Translations under genes and position numbers: made by a program
The notes under the pieces: generated by a model
Told to the model about the DNA's origin: nothing
Databases searched by the model: none
Seen by the model: only the letters and a program-made list of their open reading frames with translations
Part shown: one piece after another, positions 57,276-64,000 of the stretch
Layout of the letters: every line of letters begins with the position of its first letter
Position numbering within the stretch: position 1 is the first letter of the stretch
Assembly: GCA_965228475.1 (NCBI GenBank)
Contig: OZ245817.1
Span: forward strand, 512,001-576,000
DNA length: 64,000 bases
Direction of reading: 5' to 3'
Source: Myxococcota bacterium
Lineage (GTDB): Bacteria; Myxococcota_A; UBA9160; JAFDDA01

Positions 57276-59237
57276 TCATTCCGGAAGGGCGAAGGCGACC
57301 AGATGGTCGCCGGGTTTCGTTCCCAGGGTGCCATGCCCGCCCGCGGCGATCACGACGAACTGCCGCCCGTCGGGCCGCAGGCGGTACGTCATCGGCCCCG
57401 CCTGGCCGCCGGCCGGGAGCTGCGTGCGAAAGAGCTCCTCGCCGGTCGCGACGTCGTAGGCGCGCAGGTAGCCGTCCATGGCCGCGCCGATGAAGGCGAG
57501 GCCGCTCGCGGTCACGAGGGGCCCGCCCATGCTCGGCATGCCGAAGCGGATCCAGAACGGCCACGGCGCGCGGCCGCGCGTGGTGCCGAAGGGCACCTCC
57601 CAGAGCAGCTCGCCGCGGGCGAGGTCGACCGCGAGCAGCGTTCCCCAGGGCGGCTTCGTGCAGGGAATGCCGAGGGGCGAGACCAGGACGCCCTGTTCGA
57701 GGGCGTAGGGGGTGCCCGCCTGTTCGAAGAGGATGCGCATCGGCGGGTCGGCCTCGACGTCGGCGACCTCGGCGCGCGGAACCAGGCGGATCACGTTCGG
57801 CATCCGGGACAGGTTCACGACGGCGATCTGCCGCTCGGGATCGAAGGCGAGGCCGCCCCAGTTGAAGCCGCCCGCCACACCGGGGAACTGGATCGAACCC
57901 TCCAGGGTGGGCGGGGTGAAGATCCCGTCGGAGCGGAGGGCCTCGATGCGCCGCTCGCACCAGGCGCGGTCGAGGGGCGTCAGGCCGAAGGCGTCGTCGG
58001 GTGTGACCGTCGTCGCGTGGAGCGGGGGCGGGTGGGTCGGGTAGGGCTGGGTCGACGCGAGGCGTTCCCCGGGGACGCCGCCCTGGGGCGCAGGGCGCTC
58101 TTCGATCGGGTGGATCGGTAGGCCGGTCTCGCGGTGGAGCAGGAAGACGAAGCCGGCCTTCGTCGCCTGGGCGACGGCCGGCACGCGGCGGCCCTCGTGC
58201 TCGAGCTCGATCAGGGCGGGCGGGGCGGCGAGGTCGTAGTCCCAGAGGTCGTGATGTACGGTCTGGAAGTGCCAGGCGACCTCACCCGTTGCGGCGTGGA
58301 GCGCGACGACGGCGCTCCCGTAGTGGTCGAGCCCTTCGCGCACGCCCTCGCCGCGGTAGAAGTCCGGGCTCGGGTTTCCCATCGGCAGGAAGAGCAGGCG
58401 CCGCTCGAGGTCCGCCGAGAAGACGCCCCAGGCGTTCGGCGTGCCGGGGTGGTAGCGCGGCGTCCCCTCGGGCCCGTCGGGGAGCGCAGGCCAATCCGCG
58501 GGGACCGGATCGAAGGCCCAGCGCAGGGCGCCGGTGCGCAGGTCGTAGCCGCGGATGACGCCGCCCGGGACGTCGAGCCGGCGGCCGTCCGCGACGCTCG
58601 CGCCGACCGCCACGACGTCCCCGACCACGGTGGGGACCGAGGTCGGCTCGTACTCGCGCGGCGCGTGCGCGCCGAGGCCCGTGCGGAGATCGATCTCGCC
58701 GCCGCTGCCGAAGCCGCGGCATCGCTCGCCGGTCGCGGCGTCGACCGCGAGCAGGCGCGCATCCATCGTGCTCGTGAAGATCCGCCGGGCGCAGGGCTCT
58801 CCGGCCCGGGCGTCCGGATCGCGCCAGAGCGAGACGCCGCGGCAGCGCCGGAAGCCGCTCTCGCGGGCATCGACCTCCGGGTCGAAGCGCCAGCGTTCCT
58901 CGCCCGTCTCCGCGTCGACGGCGAAGACGCGGTTCAGGGGCGAGCAGTAGTAGAGCGTGTCGCCGTCGAGGATCGGCGTCGCCTGGTGCGCGGTCTTGCC
59001 TTCGCCCTTCGGGAGGACGTCGCCCGTGCGATGGGTCCAGGCGCGTTCGAGGTGGGCGACGTTCTCCGGGCCGATCTGGGTGAGCGGCGAGTAGCGGGTC
59101 GCGCCGGAGTCGCCGCCGAAGGTCGGCCAGCCGGCGACGGGGCCGCCGGTGTCGATCGGCGGCGCGGTCTCACCGCAGGCGAGCAGGGCCGCGGAGACGC
59201 ACGCCCCGGCGAGGAGGCGCCAGGCGGACCGCTTCAT
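57276..59237 (-). CDS. PQQ-dependent dehydrogenase (glucose/quinate family), predicted lipoprotein
   Basis: LLAC lipobox; RYSPLTQI, CRGV, HHDLWDYD, PPWG and PMTY. Confidence 0.92.
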   Translation of the reverse strand: MKRSAWRLLAGACVSAALLACGETAPPIDTGGPVAGWPTFGGDSGATRYSPLTQIGPENVAHLERAWTHRTGDVLPKGEGKTAHQATPILDGDTLYYCSPLNRVFAVDAETGEERWRFDPEVDARESGFRRCRGVSLWRDPDARAGEPCARRIFTSTMDARLLAVDAATGERCRGFGSGGEIDLRTGLGAHAPREYEPTSVPTVVGDVVAVGASVADGRRLDVPGGVIRGYDLRTGALRWAFDPVPADWPALPDGPEGTPRYHPGTPNAWGVFSADLERRLLFLPMGNPSPDFYRGEGVREGLDHYGSAVVALHAATGEVAWHFQTVHHDLWDYDLAAPPALIELEHEGRRVPAVAQATKAGFVFLLHRETGLPIHPIEERPAPQGGVPGERLASTQPYPTHPPPLHATTVTPDDAFGLTPLDRAWCERRIEALRSDGIFTPPTLEGSIQFPGVAGGFNWGGLAFDPERQIAVVNLSRMPNVIRLVPRAEVADVEADPPMRILFEQAGTPYALEQGVLVSPLGIPCTKPPWGTLLAVDLARGELLWEVPFGTTRGRAPWPFWIRFGMPSMGGPLVTASGLAFIGAAMDGYLRAYDVATGEELFRTQLPAGGQAGPMTYRLRPDGRQFVVIAAGGHGTLGTKPGDHLVAFALPE

Positions 59238-61045
59238 TCCCCGGGCATTCCTCCCGCCCGGGCCGTCTGCGTGCCGCCGCCGTTCGCATCGAGGCGGATC
59301 ACCTTGGGGACGCCGCCTTCGATCTGCCAGGCCGGAGAGTTCGAGTTCGAGGTCCACACCCGCCCGCGTTCGTCGAAGTCCACCTCGCGGGTGTAGGTGA
59401 CCCGGGTCGGCAGCGGGTAGAGCGTGAAGCGCTCGTCGGACGGGCGGAAGCGGATCAGGGAATCGCTGTTCGTCCCGCAGACCCAGACGTCGTCGTTGCG
59501 ACGGTCGACGTGAAGGGCGTAGGGCGTCTCGCCGAGGGCGCCCGGAACGTCGAGCGGGTACTCGCGGAAATCGCGCGTCTTCGGGTCGAAGCGGGCGATC
59601 AGGCTCTTCGAGAAGCTCGGGATCCAGAGCTGACCCTTCGAATCGAAGCGCAGCCGGCGCGGGGCGGGGAAGGGCGTCTCGACGATCTCGATCGAGAAGT
59701 CGTCGGGGTCGACGCGGCCGATCCGGTGCGCGTTGAGCTGGCTGAACCAGACGCTGCCGTCGGGCGCGACGTCGATGCCGTAGGGCACCGGCATGGTCGT
59801 CACTTCTTCGGTCTGGGCGGCGAGCGCGCGGATGTCCACGTGGCGCCCGACCCAGAGCAGGAACGGGAGGGCCCGCAGCGTCATCTCCTGGCCGAAGGAG
59901 GTGGCCGGCAGGCGGACCTCCCGGCTCTCTCCGCTCGCCGGGTCGTACATCCCGACGTGATTCGAGGCGGCGATCGTGTACCAGATGCGCCCTCGGGAAT
60001 CGAAGCGCAGGGTGTGCGGGTAGTAGCCGTCCTCGAGGGCGTGCATGGTGAAGCGCTCGGTCTTCGGGTCGAAGCCCGCCAGACGATTGCCGCTCGCGAG
60101 CGTGATCCAGAGCCGCCCGTCCGGCGCGACCTGGATCGAATGGGGCCCGACGTGCTGGTTCGAGGTCGGGGGGATCGGGCGGCTGCGGCTGCGGAAGGCG
60201 CCGCCGAGGGGGAGCCCGCCCTCGTTCGGGATCGTCCAGGCCTCGCGCTTCCCGCCGCCGACGTCGGGGTCGAGCCGGTAGAGCTGGTCCTGATCCATGT
60301 CGACGGAGTAGAGCGCGCGTTCGCCGGGGTGGTACACGACGTCGTGTTGCATGGAGGCGCGGCCGCCGAGCTCCCATTCTTCGATGACGGCGCTCCGGAC
60401 CTCGGCGGGCGGCGGCGGCGCGAAATCCGCTTCGCCCATTCCGGCCGTGAGCCTCGGCACGGCGTTCTCCGGCGCATAGACGCGGTTGTAGAGCGCGGGA
60501 ATGGTCTCGCGCAGCTCGCGCCCGATCATGCCCCCCATGCGGCCCATGAGCGCGATCACCTTGCGCCACTCCTCGGGGTCGCGCGTGCGCCGCGTGGCCC
60601 AGTTGCCCTGCTGATGGCAGAACGTGCACTGGCGCTTCAGCTCTTCGCGGTTGGCCTCGTCCGGGATCTCTTCGAGCGCGAGGCTGTACCAGAAGTTCGC
60701 CGGGAGCTGGGCGGCGACGGCGGCCGCGTCGGTCTCCCGCTCGAGGGCGACGTCGAAGGCACCCGAAGGCTCGGGAACGTCCGTCCTGCGGAAGTCCTGC
60801 CAGCCGATGCGGCGCACGCGGACGACGAAGGGCCCTTCGCCGGGAAGCGCCGGCGTGCGGTAGCGGCCCTCGTGGTCGCTGAAGACCGTCGTGCCGTGGG
60901 CCGGGTCGCCGGCTTCGACGGTCACCATGGCGCCCACGATGGCGCGGCCCTCGCCGGAGACGCGCCCCTGGAACGTGGCCCCGGCCGCGGTGAGGGGCAC
61001 GGAGACGCCCACGAGGGCGACCAGACAGAGGAGCCGGCGAAGCAT
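59234..61045 (-). CDS. Exported protein with carboxypeptidase-regulatory-like domain, monoheme cytochrome c and Vgb-lyase-like beta-propeller
   Basis: Signal peptide; CTFCH; repeated P..I...PDG.(L/V)W blades. Confidence 0.85.
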   Translation of the reverse strand: MLRRLLCLVALVGVSVPLTAAGATFQGRVSGEGRAIVGAMVTVEAGDPAHGTTVFSDHEGRYRTPALPGEGPFVVRVRRIGWQDFRRTDVPEPSGAFDVALERETDAAAVAAQLPANFWYSLALEEIPDEANREELKRQCTFCHQQGNWATRRTRDPEEWRKVIALMGRMGGMIGRELRETIPALYNRVYAPENAVPRLTAGMGEADFAPPPPAEVRSAVIEEWELGGRASMQHDVVYHPGERALYSVDMDQDQLYRLDPDVGGGKREAWTIPNEGGLPLGGAFRSRSRPIPPTSNQHVGPHSIQVAPDGRLWITLASGNRLAGFDPKTERFTMHALEDGYYPHTLRFDSRGRIWYTIAASNHVGMYDPASGESREVRLPATSFGQEMTLRALPFLLWVGRHVDIRALAAQTEEVTTMPVPYGIDVAPDGSVWFSQLNAHRIGRVDPDDFSIEIVETPFPAPRRLRFDSKGQLWIPSFSKSLIARFDPKTRDFREYPLDVPGALGETPYALHVDRRNDDVWVCGTNSDSLIRFRPSDERFTLYPLPTRVTYTREVDFDERGRVWTSNSNSPAWQIEGGVPKVIRLDANGGGTQTARAGGMPGE

Positions 61046-61152
61046 GCGGTCATCCTACCCGACCGCGCTTTGCGCTTGCACGCCAACGGCTGCCTGCGGC
61101 CCTTGGCATGCCGGCCCGGACGGCGCGGGCCCGGTGGTATGATCCGCACGCG

Positions 61153-63798
61153 ATGACCCCCGAGACACTGTCCGAAGCGATCGCAGATTGGGTCCAGCAG
61201 CAGCTCGAGGCGTTGGTCGCGCGGCACTTCCGCGGACTGGAGGTCCCGCGGGTCTTCGCGGGCCACCCCGTCGGCCCGGACGTCCGTGCGGACCTCGCCT
61301 TCACCCTCGGCCACCTCCACGGCGTCGGCCGGGGTGGCCTCGACGGTTCGCCGGCGCCCGAGGCGATCGCGCGCGTCCTGCGCCCGATCGACGGCGCAGC
61401 GACCCACACCTTCTTCTCCTACCGGGTCGCCGAGACGCTCGCAGTCTTCGGTGGCTTCGCGGACAACCCGCTGCTCGAAGGCTTCGACGAGGCGGAGCGG
61501 GAGAACGTCGCGGCCGCCTGCGACTCGACGAGCTTCGCCCCGCTCTGGCGGAAGAACCTGCTGCCCCGCAACTACGCGGCGGTCCTCGCCCGCTGCGAGC
61601 GCGGCCGGGAGCGGATCGGACTGCCCTTCGACGAGGAACTCCTGGCGCAGACCCTCGACGGCGCGCGCGAGATGCTCGCGAGCCATCCCGAGGGCTGGCT
61701 CGACGATTCGAACACCCGGATCGGCCGCCACGACATCTACAGCGCCGACGTCTACCTGTTCACCGAGCCCCTGGCCGACCGGCTCGGAGAAGCCTGGCAG
61801 ACCGGCATGGCCAACGCGCTCCGGCTGGTCGAGAATACCGTGCATCGCGACGGCACCGCGATCTCCTGGGGCCGCTCGACGGGCGCCCTGGCCCAGTGCC
61901 TGACGCTCGAACTCGCGGCGCTCGTCGTCGGGCGCGGCGCGGCCAAGGACCCGGCGCGCTGGCTCGCCCTCGCCGGCGCCGCGTTCCGCTCCTTCCAGGG
62001 CTACATGAGCGAGGGCTTGATCAGTGCTCACCAGCACCGCTCGCCCTACGAGTACCGCGGCCCCGGGCGCCGCCTGCAGATGACCCTCGACGCGCTCGGC
62101 AAGCTCGCCTTCGCGGCCCTCGAGCTGCGCAGCGCCCCGTCCGGGCTCGAGGCGACGCCCGCGTCCGAGTGCTTCCCGCCGCGGGACGCCTACCTCTCCT
62201 TCTCGGACGACCCGCCGGCCGGAGTGTGGAGCTACCGCTCGAAGGATGCGGCCTTCGTGCTGCCCGTGGTCGGTGCGACGCGTTCGGACTATCTGCCGGC
62301 GCCGCGCAACCCGGGAACCTTCGAGGTGCCCGTGGATTCCGAGATCGCGACGGGCGTGCCCTACGTCGTGAACTACGGCGGCCGCTTCGCCGGTGCCGGC
62401 CGGCCGAAGCGCGTGCGGAAGATCCCGGACGGGCTCGAGCTCGAGTACGAGGATTTCGTTCCGACGGGTCGGCTCGAGCGGGAGAAGGACCCGAAGCCCG
62501 TCCCGGGCTCACGCCACGTGGTGTTCCGCGTCGAAGGCCGAAGCCTCACCGGGGAGGAGACGCTGCGCTTCCCCGCGCCGCCCCAGGGCGTCGCGCTCCA
62601 GTTCGCCGAGACCCGGAAGCGGCCGCTGCGGGTCGAGTTCGAGAGCGAGACGCCGCACCGCGTGGACGGGATCGACACCGACGGGCTCGCCGAGTACCGG
62701 AGCTTCTGGTCGGAGCTGCCGCGCGTGCACCAGGTCGACCTCGAGCCGGCGAAGGAGATCCGGATGCGCTGGCGCGTCACGCCGAAGATCCGCGTCACCA
62801 CCACCGACCGCGACCACCACTACCACCGGAGCCTCTACGACACCCTCGCCGATCGCGTGTGCGACGTCGCCTTCGACCGAAGCTTCGTCGGGGCGCCGGA
62901 CCGCGCGCGGAGCTTCCTGCGCGACGTCGACGTCTTCCACCTGCACTGGCCCGAGTGGATCTACGGACCGGATCTCGGCGTGCATCGTGCGCTCATCGAG
63001 ACGCTGCGGGAGGAAGACGTTCGCATCGTCTGGACCCAGCACAACCGCGCGCCGCACCGGAAGGAGGCGGGCTACGAAGACGTCTACCAGCTCTGGGCGG
63101 AGCACTGCGACGCCGCGCTCCACCACAGCCGCTGGGGCGAGGCGTGGATGCGCGAGACCTTCCGCTACGGCGACCACACGCTGCACCGCCTCGTTCCCCA
63201 CGGTCACTTCGGCAACCTCATGCCCGAGGTCGCCGCGATCGACCGCGCGGAGGCGGAGCGCGAGCTCGGCCTCTCGCCCTGCGCCGTCCGCATCGGCGTG
63301 ATCGGCGCACCGCGCGCGGAGAAGAAGGTGCAGATGCTGATGGACGCCTTCGCCGCGGCGGCCCCCGGCGACTTCCAGCTCCTGGTGCTCGCCGCCGGGC
63401 CCGAGGACGTCCGCCCCGAGGACCCGCGCATCACCACGCTGCCCTTCGCACACGTTCCGCGCGACGTCTTCAACCGCCGGCTCGCCACCCTCGACTGCCT
63501 CGCGATGCCGATCGAAGGCGGCGACTACCTCACCACGGGGCAGTTCGCCGACGCCGTCGGCCTCGGACTGCCCGCGATCACCTCGGACTGGCCCTTTCTC
63601 GTGGAGATGCTCGGGGAGGCCGCCGTCGTCTACGGCCAGGGCCGCGAGGCCCTCGAGAGCTGCCTGCGAGGGCTCGACGCCGGCCGCCTGGACCGGGCCG
63701 CAGCCGCCTGCCGGAAGCTCCAGACGACGCTCGCTTGGGAGGCCATCGGCCCGCGGGTCGGCGACCTGCTGGAGGAGCTCGGCTCGAGCGGCCTCTAG
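61153..63798 (+). CDS. Fusion protein: N-terminal helical (DUF2264/lyase-like) domain plus C-terminal GT4-like glycosyltransferase
   Basis: C-terminal HLHWPE, VWTQHNRAPH, VPHGHF, G..RAEK and GLPAITSD GT-B motifs; about 550 aa N-terminal region with WGRS motif. Confidence 0.75.
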   Translation: MTPETLSEAIADWVQQQLEALVARHFRGLEVPRVFAGHPVGPDVRADLAFTLGHLHGVGRGGLDGSPAPEAIARVLRPIDGAATHTFFSYRVAETLAVFGGFADNPLLEGFDEAERENVAAACDSTSFAPLWRKNLLPRNYAAVLARCERGRERIGLPFDEELLAQTLDGAREMLASHPEGWLDDSNTRIGRHDIYSADVYLFTEPLADRLGEAWQTGMANALRLVENTVHRDGTAISWGRSTGALAQCLTLELAALVVGRGAAKDPARWLALAGAAFRSFQGYMSEGLISAHQHRSPYEYRGPGRRLQMTLDALGKLAFAALELRSAPSGLEATPASECFPPRDAYLSFSDDPPAGVWSYRSKDAAFVLPVVGATRSDYLPAPRNPGTFEVPVDSEIATGVPYVVNYGGRFAGAGRPKRVRKIPDGLELEYEDFVPTGRLEREKDPKPVPGSRHVVFRVEGRSLTGEETLRFPAPPQGVALQFAETRKRPLRVEFESETPHRVDGIDTDGLAEYRSFWSELPRVHQVDLEPAKEIRMRWRVTPKIRVTTTDRDHHYHRSLYDTLADRVCDVAFDRSFVGAPDRARSFLRDVDVFHLHWPEWIYGPDLGVHRALIETLREEDVRIVWTQHNRAPHRKEAGYEDVYQLWAEHCDAALHHSRWGEAWMRETFRYGDHTLHRLVPHGHFGNLMPEVAAIDRAEAERELGLSPCAVRIGVIGAPRAEKKVQMLMDAFAAAAPGDFQLLVLAAGPEDVRPEDPRITTLPFAHVPRDVFNRRLATLDCLAMPIEGGDYLTTGQFADAVGLGLPAITSDWPFLVEMLGEAAVVYGQGREALESCLRGLDAGRLDRAAAACRKLQTTLAWEAIGPRVGDLLEELGSSGL

Positions 63799-63864
63799 GC
63801 GCCTTCCGAGGCCCGCCCGGCGCCCGCGCCCCATCCGTTCACAGCTGTGGTACGCTGATTCGAA

Positions 63865-63936
63865 ATGAGCGACCGCGCCTTCCAGACCGACTTCTACTTT
63901 GCCTGGTTCCGACCGGGGCGAGGGAAGTCCGTCTAG
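63865..63936 (+). CDS. Aromatic amino acid leader peptide MSDRAFQTDFYFAWFRPGRGKSV
   Basis: Five aromatic codons among six consecutive (F-Y-F-A-W-F); extended -10 TGnTACGCT at 63848-63856; terminator hairpin follows. Confidence 0.8.
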   Translation: MSDRAFQTDFYFAWFRPGRGKSV

Positions 63937-63959
63937 CGCAGCGCGCCAACAAGAATTCC

Positions 63960-64000
63960 CGAAGCCCCGAGAGCACGACGCCTCTCGGGGCTTCGTGCTT
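63960..64000 (+). terminator. Attenuator terminator hairpin
   Basis: 14-bp perfect stem CGAAGCCCCGAGAG / CTCTCGGGGCTTCG with 8-nt loop, then TGCTT up to the window edge. Confidence 0.8.

Overview
A 64-kb stretch of high-GC (about 70% by eye), gene-dense bacterial chromosome with about 53 CDS and no rRNA, tRNA, CRISPR array, transposase or phage gene that I can see. A PEP-CTERM protein, an RND pump, PqiA/LetB-type MCE transport, periplasmic c-type cytochromes, sigma54 boxes and cysteine-rich secreted proteins point to a diderm, Myxococcota-like host (inference). Main blocks: (1) heme-c sensor kinase, exported katG, oxyR (frameshifted in a C-run) and GST; (2) secreted proteins, including a cysteine-rich protein with a group XII/prokaryotic PLA2-like domain, a PEP-CTERM zincin and a penicillin acylase; (3) five uncharacterised exported proteins at 14.3-19.2 kb, two sharing a MEGRGR motif; (4) class I fumarase, tungsten AOR and a MoaD-like protein; (5) a translationally coupled tetR-miniORF-MFP-RND-cytochrome c'-cytochrome c chain; (6) lipid/steroid-type catabolic genes, one operon behind a perfect KstR-type operator; (7) zinc peptidase, non-Ddl ATP-grasp and adenylate cyclase, then pqiA-pqiA and a 4-MCE protein, then dps; (8) PQQ dehydrogenase with a cytochrome/beta-propeller partner, and a GT4 fusion; (9) at the right edge, a Phe/Tyr/Trp-rich leader peptide with complete attenuator architecture. 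Start codons were re-chosen by hand because many ORF-track entries are GC-rich shadows or over-extended. Family assignments come from motif recognition, not database searches.
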